A stretch of DNA of 64,000 nucleotides from an uncultured bacterium (lineage in GTDB: Bacteria; Krumholzibacteriota; Krumholzibacteriia; Krumholzibacteriales; Krumholzibacteriaceae), in NCBI GenBank assembly GCA_963813815.1, contig CAWFAD010000010.1, forward strand, positions 64,001 through 128,000. Reading direction: 5' to 3'. Position 1 is the first letter of the stretch. Each line of letters opens with the position of its first letter. A program made the translations under genes and the position numbers. Shown piece after piece: positions 1-8,666 of this stretch. The notes under the pieces are model-generated. The model worked only from the letters and a program-made list of their open reading frames with translations, was not told the DNA's origin and did no database searches.

Positions 1-1006
1 TCGCGTCGAAGATCGTGTGGAGCCGCAGCTCCCGGATCGTCCTGCCGATCACGTTCTTGCTCGAGACGAAGATGCGCCGGTAGGTGACCTCCCCCGACGT
101 TTCCGGAAGATGCTCGGCGCTCCGCTCGCCGAAGAGTATGCGCGCTCTCTCGAGCGTCTCATCCGTTCCGACGGCGACGACGAGGTTGCCGCTCTCGAGC
201 AAGGTGTCCCCGAGAACCACCGATATCGAGCCGCCCTTCTGTATGCGGCTCAGGACGAAGCCCGGATCGCCGAGCGCGGTGAGCGCCTCAGCGACCGTTT
301 TTCCGGCGGCGGCGGGATTCGTGATGCGGAAGGTTGCGCTCCGGACGGCGGCCGCGCCCGATTCCCGGAGATACTCCGCGGCCTCCTTCGCGAAATCGGC
401 GCGGAAGATCTTCGTGAAAACGAAAAGCCAGAGGATCACGCCGAGCACGCCGAAAGGATACGCGAGACCGTACGTGACGACGGGGCTTTCGAGGTAGAGA
501 TCGACGAGGGAGGGATCGATCGCGCTCCTCATGTTCTCGATCGTCTCGACGGTGGCGGCGAGCGCGGGAGTGTTCGTGAGCGCGCCGCAGAAAAGCCCCG
601 CCGCGCTCGGCGCGGGGAGCGAAAGCGCGTATTTCAGAATGACGGTCGTCCCGGCGGCGGCGGCGAGCACGATGACCGCGGCTATGTTGAGTCCGAGCAC
701 CCGCTTGCGGAAGGAGGCGAAGAAGCCGGGGCCGGCCTGAAGGCCGATCGCGTAGACGAAGAGCACGAGCCCTATAACATATATATAGTCGGGAAGGGCG
801 AGACGCGCGTCGAAGGCGCTCAGGCCGATTCCGACGAAAAGGACCGCGGCCACGCCGAGGCTGAATCCGAAAATCTTAATGTTTCCAATGAGATAGCCGA
901 GACCTATCACCGTGAAGAGCAGCAGTATCGGACTGGAGGCGAGCACGTCGGCGAGCCCCCGGGCGGCGCCCGAGAGAACGGCGAAGGTGACGAGCGTATC
1001 GGTCAA
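1..1006 (-). CDS. AspT/YidE/YbjL family transporter with TrkA-C domain (3' end runs off the window)
   Basis: Manual translation: LLLFTVIGLGYLIG...GLVLFVYAIGLQAGPGFF...GALTNTPALAA...YGLAYPFGVLG, then the TrkA-C-like RRIFVSSKNVIGRTIRELRL. TTG start at 1006 with GAGG upstream. Absent from the ORF track because it is truncated. Confidence 0.85.
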   Translation of the reverse strand, partial: MTDTLVTFAVLSGAARGLADVLASSPILLLFTVIGLGYLIGNIKIFGFSLGVAAVLFVGIGLSAFDARLALPDYIYVIGLVLFVYAIGLQAGPGFFASFRKRVLGLNIAAVIVLAAAAGTTVILKYALSLPAPSAAGLFCGALTNTPALAATVETIENMRSAIDPSLVDLYLESPVVTYGLAYPFGVLGVILWLFVFTKIFRADFAKEAAEYLRESGAAAVRSATFRITNPAAAGKTVAEALTALGDPGFVLSRIQKGGSISVVLGDTLLESGNLVVAVGTDETLERARILFGERSAEHLPETSGEVTYRRIFVSSKNVIGRTIRELRLHTIFDA

Positions 1007-1141
1007 GGGGAACCTCAATATCGAACGACGGTTGCTGTCCTCGGCGCCGCGTTTCGGCGGAAGGCGCGCTTCCCGGCCCGGCGCCCGCTCCGACGAGACA
1101 AATATGAGGCGGAAGGCATAAAGTCAAGCGGTTTCGATGCG

Positions 1142-3091
1142 TTACGCCGCCGGCGGCGGCCCGTCGGGGCTCCGTCCGAGGAGGTAGAGAGCCGCGCCGA
1201 CGGTCGCCGCGCCGAGCGCGAGCGATGCGGCGGCGGAGAGGCCGAAGGCGAGGGGCAGGTATCCGCAGAGAACGGCGGCGCCCGCGGCGGTCAAGGCGTA
1301 GGGAAGCTGCGTGCGCACGTGGTCGACGTGATCGCAGGCGGATGCCATCGAGGACATGATTGTCGTGTCGGAGATGGGCGAGCAATGGTCGCCGAAAACG
1401 GACCCGCCGAGAATCGCCCCGATCGAACCCGAGAGAATCGCGTCGAGCGCGCTTCCGGAGATCGCGGCCGCCTTCGAGGCGCCGAAGACGAGCGGCACGA
1501 CGATCGGGGTGAGGATCGACATGGTGCCCCAGGACGTGCCCGTCGAAAACGATATCGCCATCGCGACGAGGAAGACGACGAGCGGGAGGAAGCGCGGATC
1601 GAGAACCCCGGAAAGCAGATGCACGAGATAATCCGCGGTATGGAGCTCGGTGCACACGGAGCCGATGCACCACGCGAGCACAAGGATGACGATGGCGATG
1701 AGCATCGAACGGATGCCGTTCATCCAGGCGGCTACCGTCTCGGTGAGGGTGAGCAGGCGTTGAACGAGGGCGAGGACCGCCGCCGACAGGCAGCCCGCCA
1801 TCGAGCACCACAAGAGCGCGACAAAGGAGTCGGCCTCCCTGAGGGCGGCGAGCAGCCCGCCCGGCTCGCCGCGCGCCGCGAGCGCCTCGCGCCCCGTGAC
1901 CACGAGCCCGGCGAAGGCGACCGCGATGACGACGGCGATGGGAACGAGCCCGTTGATCCAGCGCGGCCGCGCCGAGGCCGCCGGCGCCGCGCTCTCGGCG
2001 TCGATGTTCGAGAGGAGCACCGCGCCGTCGGCGGACGTTTTGCCCGTCGAGCGCGCGCGCCGCTCGGCGGAGAGCATCGGGCCGAAATCGCGGTTCATGA
2101 GCGCGACGAGGAGCACGAGGAGAACGGCGAAGATCGAGTAGTAGGAGTACGGTATGGCGGCGACGAAGGCGGCGAAGGGGTTCCGGTCGACTCCGATCGA
2201 GGCGAACGATTGCCCGAGGAGCGACACCTGAAATCCGATCCAGCTCGTGATCACCGCGATCGAGGTGACGGGGGCGGCCGTCGAGTCGACGATGTAGGAG
2301 AGCTTTTCCCGCGAGATGCGGAGACGGTCCGTGAGCGGACGCATCGAGTTTCCGACGATGAGCGTGTTCGCGTAGTCGTCGAAGAAGATCACGACCCCCA
2401 TGAGCCAGGCGGCGAACTGCCCCCGCCGAGGCGTCGTGGCGAGGCGCGAGACGCGGTCGACGATCCCCTGCATGCCCCCCATGCGGTACATGATGCCGAC
2501 CATGCCGCCGAGGAGCAGCGTAAAGACGATGATCGAGGCGTGATCGCTCCCCTGCGCGGGGTCGGAGAGAGTTTTGATCGCGTCGCGATCGACGATCCTG
2601 AGCAGCGCGGCGAGCGGGCGATACCCCTCGAGAAAGAAGTTGCCGAGCCAGACGCCGGAGAGAAGCGCGAGCACCACCTGCCGGAAAACGAGCGCGATGA
2701 CGATCGCGATGAGCGGGGGCAGGATCGAGAACCAGGCGGGAACGGCGAATATCTCTTCGCGGAGAGTCTCCCCGCCGACCGCGAGGGCGATTTCGTGGCG
2801 GCCCGCGCTGGGGAGCGTCACGGCGACGGCTTCGCCCGGATGGGGCGGGACGCCCCGGTACAGGATCTCTCCGTCGAGCAGGACGACGAGGGAGTCGCCG
2901 GGGGCGTGCGGAACGTCCCCGGGCGGCTCGTAGCGGTAGGGTATGCCGGCGAGCGCCGTGCGCCGGTTTCCGGCGTCCGCCGCGGAAGCCGCTCGATCCG
3001 GGAGAAGGGAGCAGGCGAGAACGGCGGCAAAAAGGATGATGGCGGGGGCTCCGGCGCGTTTCTTGGCGGATGCGGTCACTGGCGCCGTCAT
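1142..3091 (-). CDS. Na+/H+ antiporter NhaC family / amino-acid permease with N-terminal extracytoplasmic domain
   Basis: Motifs IFFDDYAN, ISREKLSYIVDSTAAP, FSTGTSWGTM, FGDHCSPISDTTIMSS. The ATG at 3091 overlaps the upstream stop (ATGA). Confidence 0.85.
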   Translation of the reverse strand: MTAPVTASAKKRAGAPAIILFAAVLACSLLPDRAASAADAGNRRTALAGIPYRYEPPGDVPHAPGDSLVVLLDGEILYRGVPPHPGEAVAVTLPSAGRHEIALAVGGETLREEIFAVPAWFSILPPLIAIVIALVFRQVVLALLSGVWLGNFFLEGYRPLAALLRIVDRDAIKTLSDPAQGSDHASIIVFTLLLGGMVGIMYRMGGMQGIVDRVSRLATTPRRGQFAAWLMGVVIFFDDYANTLIVGNSMRPLTDRLRISREKLSYIVDSTAAPVTSIAVITSWIGFQVSLLGQSFASIGVDRNPFAAFVAAIPYSYYSIFAVLLVLLVALMNRDFGPMLSAERRARSTGKTSADGAVLLSNIDAESAAPAASARPRWINGLVPIAVVIAVAFAGLVVTGREALAARGEPGGLLAALREADSFVALLWCSMAGCLSAAVLALVQRLLTLTETVAAWMNGIRSMLIAIVILVLAWCIGSVCTELHTADYLVHLLSGVLDPRFLPLVVFLVAMAISFSTGTSWGTMSILTPIVVPLVFGASKAAAISGSALDAILSGSIGAILGGSVFGDHCSPISDTTIMSSMASACDHVDHVRTQLPYALTAAGAAVLCGYLPLAFGLSAAASLALGAATVGAALYLLGRSPDGPPPAA

Positions 3092-4089
3092 CCGATCTCC
3101 CGCAGCGCGACCGTCGTGTCGCGTCCCGCCATCCGGGCGGCGGCGCGCACGTGCTCCCACGGCGAGTGTTTGTGGATCTCGGCGAAGAGGTCGTCGCGTC
3201 CCGATACTCTCGCGACGAGCTCGAGGGACGCGGCGTCGGCGGTGATCATGTCGGGCGCGCAGACGAATCCGATGTCCGGAGCGACGAGCGGTCCCGCGTT
3301 CGCGTCGCAGTCGCAGAGGCGGCTGATGTTCTTGAGGACGTTCACGGCGTACACCTTCTTGAACCGCGCGGCGGCGAGCACCGCCGCCTCGGCGAGAAGC
3401 TCGTCGAAGAGGCCCACCCTCGGCGCGATCGAACGTTCCGGGCAGACGAGAGCGCAGTTGCTGCAGCCGGGGCACCAGGTGACGCCGAAGCGCGGCCGGT
3501 CCCCCTCGAGGACGATGTTGCCCGTCGGGCATCGCTCGACGCAGGTCCCGCACCGCGTGCAGCCCTCGCCGTACACGGGCTCGCCCCCTTCGTGGATCGC
3601 GCCCTTCGTTTCCCTGGCGACGCATCCCATGCCGACGTTCTTGACGGCGCCTCCCATGCCGCACGCGACGTGTCCCTTGACGTGCGAGAGGAGCAGCACG
3701 CCGTCCGCCTCGATCGGATCCGAGGCGAGAAGAAAGGTCATCGCCGCGCCCGCGACCTCGACGTGTCGGTTCGAGACGGTCACGGGAGCGCCGAGGTTTC
3801 GTTCCGTGTAGCCGCGCGCGGCGGCGCTGAGAAGATATCCCTCGACGGTGTGGCGCGGGCTCGAGTAGACGACGGGCGTGTCGAACACGTACGGACGGCA
3901 GCCGATTCCCGCGAGACAGGCCGCGATGCGCCGCACGAAGGGCGCCTCGATGGAGAACGGATTGCCCGGCTCTCCCATGTGGATCTTGATCGCGACGCGA
4001 TCGTTTCGCGCGAACACTCGCGCGAGCGCGCCCTCGAGATACGAGAGAAGCGCGTCGTCGGAGGCGAGAAATGTCGCTTCGTGTTTCAT
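3088..4089 (-). CDS. DUF362 family protein with 2x[4Fe-4S] ferredoxin domain
   Basis: KIHMGEPGN, SHVKGH..GMGGAVKNVGMG, CTRCGTCVERCP / CPGCSNCALVCP, CDC. Start chosen at MKHEATF. Confidence 0.85.
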   Translation of the reverse strand: MKHEATFLASDDALLSYLEGALARVFARNDRVAIKIHMGEPGNPFSIEAPFVRRIAACLAGIGCRPYVFDTPVVYSSPRHTVEGYLLSAAARGYTERNLGAPVTVSNRHVEVAGAAMTFLLASDPIEADGVLLLSHVKGHVACGMGGAVKNVGMGCVARETKGAIHEGGEPVYGEGCTRCGTCVERCPTGNIVLEGDRPRFGVTWCPGCSNCALVCPERSIAPRVGLFDELLAEAAVLAAARFKKVYAVNVLKNISRLCDCDANAGPLVAPDIGFVCAPDMITADAASLELVARVSGRDDLFAEIHKHSPWEHVRAAARMAGRDTTVALREIG

Positions 4090-4135
4090 CCCGGTGCTCC
4101 GTGTTCGCCGCCGCTCGGCGAACGAACGCGGAGCC

Positions 4136-4164
4136 ACTATAGCAACGCGTCGCGCGCGTGTCAA
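4136..4164 (-). promoter_or_regulatory. sigma70-type promoter for the DUF362-nhaC operon
   Basis: TTGACA-17 bp-TATAGT on the minus strand. Confidence 0.65.
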
Positions 4165-4241
4165 TCGATGCGCCCGCTCGTCGCGCGAGCCCCGCGCGCG
4201 TCGCCGGCGCAAAAAATATTTTCTCCGCGAGTCAAAAATGC

Positions 4242-4271
4242 TTGACACATTTTTTCATGAGTGAATACCAT
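4242..4271 (+). promoter_or_regulatory. sigma70-type promoter for the small basic ORF
   Basis: TTGACA-18 bp-TACCAT in an AT-rich patch. Confidence 0.5.
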
Positions 4272-4387
4272 GCCCTCGAAGTGAATTCGGGTCCGCTTCG
4301 GACGGCATCGAGCGCAGCGCAACGGAGAGAGAAGCGGACATCAAGTGGCGATGGTAGGCTTTCAACCTTCACAAAGGAGTGGAGACC

Positions 4388-4498
4388 ATGCCGGTAAAGA
4401 AGAAAGCCAAGGCGAAACCGAAGAAGAAAGCCAAAGCCAAAGCGAAGCCGAAAAAGAAAGCGAAACCCAAGAAGAAAGCAAAAGCCAAGAAGAAATAG
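4388..4498 (+). CDS. 36-aa Lys/Ala/Pro-rich small basic (histone H1-tail-like) protein
   Basis: MPVKKKAKAKPKKKAKAKAKPKKKAKPKKKAKAKKK; RBS AAAGGAGTGGAG; own promoter and terminator. Confidence 0.7.
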   Translation: MPVKKKAKAKPKKKAKAKAKPKKKAKPKKKAKAKKK

Positions 4499-4538
4499 CA
4501 CGTCTTCGCCATTTCCGACAGCAACCATCGTCATTTTG

Positions 4539-4574
4539 CGGGAGCGGCCATCGGGCCGCTCCCGTTTTCATTTT
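4539..4574 (+). terminator. Rho-independent terminator
   Basis: 11-bp stem CGGGAGCGGCC/GGCCGCTCCCG, 4-nt loop, then TTTTCATTTT. Confidence 0.8.
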
Positions 4575-4578
4575 GGCG

Positions 4579-4606
4579 TTGACATCGCCACTCCGCGCGC
4601 GATAAT
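4579..4606 (+). promoter_or_regulatory. sigma70-type promoter for the polyamine operon
   Basis: TTGACA-16 bp-GATAAT. Confidence 0.55.
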
Positions 4607-4690
4607 GCAGTTGAATCGATTCGATGTTCGGCGGAGCCGGGCCGGATGCGGCCGCCGGCGGGCACTCACCACTCGCAAAGGGGTGTTGGG

Positions 4691-5251
4691 GTGGAAGGAA
4701 AGGTACCTGACAAGATCTTCCTGTCGCGGGGCGTCGGAAGACACCGGGAAAAGCTCACGAGCTTCGAGCTCGCGCTGCGCGCGGCCGGGATCGCGCAGTT
4801 CAACCTCGTGCACGTCTCGAGCATCTTTCCGCCGCACTGCGTCCTCATCCCGCGCACGCGGGGCATCTCGATGATGCGGGCCGGCGAAATCGTCTACTGC
4901 GTTCTCGGACAGAACAGCACGAACGAGCAGAGTCGTCTCGTCGGCGCCGGCATCGGCGTCGCCATTCCGACGGACCGCAAGAAATACGGCTACATATCCG
5001 AGCACCACGCCTTCGGCATGCGGCAGGAAGAGATGGGGGATTACACGGAGGATCTCGCCGCGACGATGCTCGCCTCGACGCTCGGCATCGAGATCGATCT
5101 CAGCCGCGCGTGGAACGAGCGGAAGCAGGAGTGGAAGATCGCCGGGCAGATCGTCCGAACGACGAACATCACGCAAACGGCCCTCGGCAAGGATGGAATG
5201 TGGACCTCCGTCGTCGCCGCGGCGGTGTTCTGCAGCTACAAGAACCGGTAA
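4691..5251 (+). CDS. pdaD: Pyruvoyl-dependent arginine decarboxylase
   Basis: LTSFELALRAAGIAQFNLVHVSSIFPP (SS self-cleavage site), YGYISEHH; GTG start. Confidence 0.9.
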   Translation: MEGKVPDKIFLSRGVGRHREKLTSFELALRAAGIAQFNLVHVSSIFPPHCVLIPRTRGISMMRAGEIVYCVLGQNSTNEQSRLVGAGIGVAIPTDRKKYGYISEHHAFGMRQEEMGDYTEDLAATMLASTLGIEIDLSRAWNERKQEWKIAGQIVRTTNITQTALGKDGMWTSVVAAAVFCSYKNR

Positions 5252-6093
5252 TGGAGCGAAGCTACGATTTTCTCGGCGCCGAAGTCGCCGGTTCGGACAG
5301 GGATCGCGTGTACGTGATCCCTGTTCCCGTCGAATGGAGCGTCACGTACGGGAAGGGGGCGGGGAGCGCCCCCGCGGCGATGCTCGCCGCCTCGATGCAG
5401 ATCGAGGTGTACAACGCGGGCCTCGACGTCGACCTCGAGGGCGCCGGCATCGTGACGCTCCTGCCCGAGATCCACTCCAAAGACGATCTCGTCGCCTTCG
5501 TGCGGGAGCATCGCGGGCTGTTCCGGGAAGCGCTGCCGTGCTTCCTCGGCGGAGAGCACTCGATCACGCCCTGGATACTCGAGGGGCTCGGGCTCGCGGA
5601 CATCGGGATCGTGTGGCTCGACGCGCATGCCGACCTGCGCGAGAGCTATCTCGGCGAGCGCGAGAACCACGCCTGCGCCGCGCGCAACTCGCTCGCCTAC
5701 GGGCCGCTCGTCCAGATCGGCGTCCGGAGCTACTCGCGCGAGGAGCGGGATTTTCTGCGGGGCGCGGGAGGCACGCGCGTCTTTCCGTTCTGGAACGAAG
5801 GCGCCTGGGAGGCGATCCGGCGCCTGCCCGAGAACGTCTACCTCTCGATCGATTTCGACGCCGTCGATCCGTCGATTCTGCGCGCCGTCGGCACCCCCGA
5901 GCCCGGCGGACTCGCGTGGGATGAGCTCATGGATCTCCTCACCTTCGTGTTCGAGAAGAAGCGCGTCGTCGGGATGGACGCGGTCGAGCTCGCGCCCGCC
6001 GGGCATGACGAGACATCGAGCTTCATCGCGGCGAAAATCGTCTACGAGGCGATCTCGCGGTATCTGAGAAGGGAGTTGCCCCGTGAAGCGTGA
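5251..6093 (+). CDS. speB: Agmatinase (ureohydrolase family)
   Basis: GGEHSIT, WLDAHADL, SIDFDAVDPS, GTPEPGG, DAVELAP; TAATG coupling to the upstream gene. Confidence 0.9.
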   Translation: MERSYDFLGAEVAGSDRDRVYVIPVPVEWSVTYGKGAGSAPAAMLAASMQIEVYNAGLDVDLEGAGIVTLLPEIHSKDDLVAFVREHRGLFREALPCFLGGEHSITPWILEGLGLADIGIVWLDAHADLRESYLGERENHACAARNSLAYGPLVQIGVRSYSREERDFLRGAGGTRVFPFWNEGAWEAIRRLPENVYLSIDFDAVDPSILRAVGTPEPGGLAWDELMDLLTFVFEKKRVVGMDAVELAPAGHDETSSFIAAKIVYEAISRYLRRELPREA

Positions 6094-7075
6094 CTATCTC
6101 ACCCATCCGACGAGGCCGATCCTGCCGAAGGCGGGGATGACGTGCGACGAGCTGCTGCGCGGACTCGAGGGATGCAGCTTTCAGGCCCGCCAGCTCGCCC
6201 TCGCCGCGAAGATCTGGACGGAGGCGCTCGACGACGACATCGTCGTGATGTTCGGTCTCGCCGGCGCGATGGTTCCCGCCGGCATGCGCCGGACCATCGT
6301 GACGCTCATGGAGCACCGCCTCATCGACGTCGTCGTCTCGACGGGCGCCAACCTCTACCACGATTTCTACGAGACGGCGGGCAACTATCATTACATCGGG
6401 AGCGCGGAGGCGGACGATACGAAGCTCCGCAAGGACAAGATCGACCGAATCTACGACACCTACGCCGACGAGGACGGATTCGTCCGGCTCGACCGGCACA
6501 TCGGGCGGTGGGCGACGAAGACGCTCGAGGAGCGGCCCTACACGACGCGCGAGTTTCTCCATTTGCTCGGCAAGGAGGCGAACCGCGTCTCGAAGGGGGA
6601 ACAGGGCATTCTCAGCGCCGCATACCGCCTCTCGATTCCGGTGTATTGCCCCGCGATCGGCGATTCGTCGATCGGCATCGGTCTCGCCGGACGCAAGCCG
6701 AAGGTGATCTTCGACATGATCGGCGACGTGGAGGAGACCGCCGACATCGCGGCGAGCAAACCCACGATGGTGATTTACGTCGGAGGGGGAACGCCGAAGA
6801 ATTTCATCCAGCAGACCGAGGTGACGAATATGGTCCTCGGGCGCGAAGCCGAGGGACACCGCTACGCGATCCAGTTCGTGGTCGACGCTCCGCACTGGGG
6901 AGGCCTCAGCGGCTGCACCTTCGAGGAGGCGATCTCCTGGGGCAAGATCGCGGTCGACGCCAAACGCGTCACCGTCGTTTCGGATGCGGCGATCGCGCTG
7001 CCGATCGTCGCGGCGTCCGTGCTGACGCGCCGCGCCCGCGCGAAGAGAAGGCGCGCGCCGAAGAAGATGTTCTAG
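6083..7075 (+). CDS. Deoxyhypusine synthase-like protein (likely homospermidine synthase, SpeY type)
   Basis: GLAGAMVPAGMR, STGANLYHD, PAIGDSSIG, GGGTPKNF, GGLSGCTFEEAISWGK (catalytic Lys retained). Confidence 0.9.
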   Translation: MKRDYLTHPTRPILPKAGMTCDELLRGLEGCSFQARQLALAAKIWTEALDDDIVVMFGLAGAMVPAGMRRTIVTLMEHRLIDVVVSTGANLYHDFYETAGNYHYIGSAEADDTKLRKDKIDRIYDTYADEDGFVRLDRHIGRWATKTLEERPYTTREFLHLLGKEANRVSKGEQGILSAAYRLSIPVYCPAIGDSSIGIGLAGRKPKVIFDMIGDVEETADIAASKPTMVIYVGGGTPKNFIQQTEVTNMVLGREAEGHRYAIQFVVDAPHWGGLSGCTFEEAISWGKIAVDAKRVTVVSDAAIALPIVAASVLTRRARAKRRRAPKKMF

Positions 7076-7120
7076 AACGGGCCGCCGGTGCGGCCGGGGT
7101 GGTGTGAGGGGAGGTCGGGG

Positions 7121-8653
7121 ATGGTCGCTGAAATCCGTTCGGGTGCCGTTCTCGGGATAGAGGGGTTCGGGGTCACGGTCGAGATCGATCTCGCGCGGGG
7201 GCTGCCCTCCTTCGCGATCGTCGGTCTGCCGACCGCCGCCGTGCGGGAAAGCCGCGAGCGGGTGACCGCCGCGATCAAGAACAACGGCTTCGCCTTTCCC
7301 CAGAAACGCATCACCGTCAATCTCGCCCCCGCCGACGTGCGAAAGGAAGGGGCAGCCTTCGACCTGCCCATCGCGCTCGGCATCCTCACGGCGAGCGGTC
7401 AAACGGCGCGCGAGGTTCCCCCGCACGCGCTCGTTCTCGGCGAGCTGGCTCTCGACGGCAGGCTGAAGCCCGTGAGGGGCGTGCTCCCCATAGCCCTCTT
7501 CGCGCGCGCTCTCGGTTACCGGCGGATGTTCGTCCCCGAGGCGAACGCCGGGGAGGGAGCGGCGGTGCGGGAGATCGAGATCGTGCCGTGCGCCGATCTC
7601 GGCGAGGCGCTCCGCGTCATCGACGGGGCGCCGCCGCGAGCCGTGCGGGCGCCGTGTCCCGACGGTCTCCCGGAGTGGGGCGGGGATCTCGACTACGGGC
7701 AGGTGCTCGGACAGCACGCGGCGAAGCGGGCGATGCAGATCGCCGCGGCGGGGGGCCACCACGTCATCATGGTGGGGCCGCCGGGATCGGGAAAGACGAT
7801 GCTCGCCCAGCGCCTGCCGTCGATCCTTCCTCCCCTCGACGACGAGGAGGCGCTCGAGCACGCGAGGATCATGAGCGTCGCCGGGGCGCGGAGCGTCGCC
7901 GTGCTCCGCCGGGAGCGTCCCTTCAGGGCGCCGCACCACTCGGCGAGCGACGCGGGGCTCGTCGGGGGCGGACGCTGCGCCTCTCCGGGGGAGATCACGC
8001 TCGCCCACAACGGCGTTCTCTTCCTCGACGAGCTCACCGAGTTCAAACGAAACGTTCTCGAGTGCCTGCGCCAGCCGCTCGAGGAGGGTCGCGTCGTCAT
8101 CTCGCGCGCGAACGCCTCCTGCAGCTATCCGGCGCGCTTTCAGCTCGTCGCCGCGATGAACCCGTGCCCGTGCGGCTACGCCGGCTCTCCGCGGCACGCG
8201 TGCCGCTGCTCGCCGAACGCCGTCGAACGATACCTCGCCAAGATATCCGGTCCCCTCATCGACCGGATCAGCGTGCATGTGCCCGTGCAGCCGGTCGAGC
8301 CGTCGGATTTCGACCCGGCCGCCTCAGGCGACGGAATGCACTCGGCCGCGCTGAGGGAAGGGGTGTTTCTCGCCGTCCGCGCGCAGGGAGAGCGCTTTCG
8401 CGGCGAGCGCGGGATACGGCGGAACGCCGACATGCCGGTCGCGGATCTGGCGGGCGTTTGCGGGCTCGGGAGAGAGGCGATGGAGCTGCTGGCGGCGGCG
8501 CAGCGGAGGCTCTTCCTCAGCGCGCGAACGAGACGCAACGTCGTGCAGGTCGCCCGCACGATCGCCGACCTCGACGGATCGGCGGCGGTGGAGGCGCGCC
8601 ATCTCGCCGAGGCGATCCAGCACCGCGTGCCCCGGCTGCTCGAGCGGGCCTGA
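7121..8653 (+). CDS. comM: YifB/ComM Mg-chelatase-like AAA+ ATPase
   Basis: ITVNLAPADVRKEG, GPPGSGKTMLA, PFRAPHHSAS, GEITLAHNGVLFLDE, AMNPCPCG. Confidence 0.9.
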   Translation: MVAEIRSGAVLGIEGFGVTVEIDLARGLPSFAIVGLPTAAVRESRERVTAAIKNNGFAFPQKRITVNLAPADVRKEGAAFDLPIALGILTASGQTAREVPPHALVLGELALDGRLKPVRGVLPIALFARALGYRRMFVPEANAGEGAAVREIEIVPCADLGEALRVIDGAPPRAVRAPCPDGLPEWGGDLDYGQVLGQHAAKRAMQIAAAGGHHVIMVGPPGSGKTMLAQRLPSILPPLDDEEALEHARIMSVAGARSVAVLRRERPFRAPHHSASDAGLVGGGRCASPGEITLAHNGVLFLDELTEFKRNVLECLRQPLEEGRVVISRANASCSYPARFQLVAAMNPCPCGYAGSPRHACRCSPNAVERYLAKISGPLIDRISVHVPVQPVEPSDFDPAASGDGMHSAALREGVFLAVRAQGERFRGERGIRRNADMPVADLAGVCGLGREAMELLAAAQRRLFLSARTRRNVVQVARTIADLDGSAAVEARHLAEAIQHRVPRLLERA

Positions 8654-8666
8654 CGGGCCGCTGTCC

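Noticed and set aside
17..3811. Very long ORFs antisense to real genes (also 8176-12126, 31817-36502, 59145-62396)
   Set aside because: Shadow ORFs from high GC and codon bias; Arg/Gly/Ala-rich with no motifs, while the opposite strand carries recognisable genes
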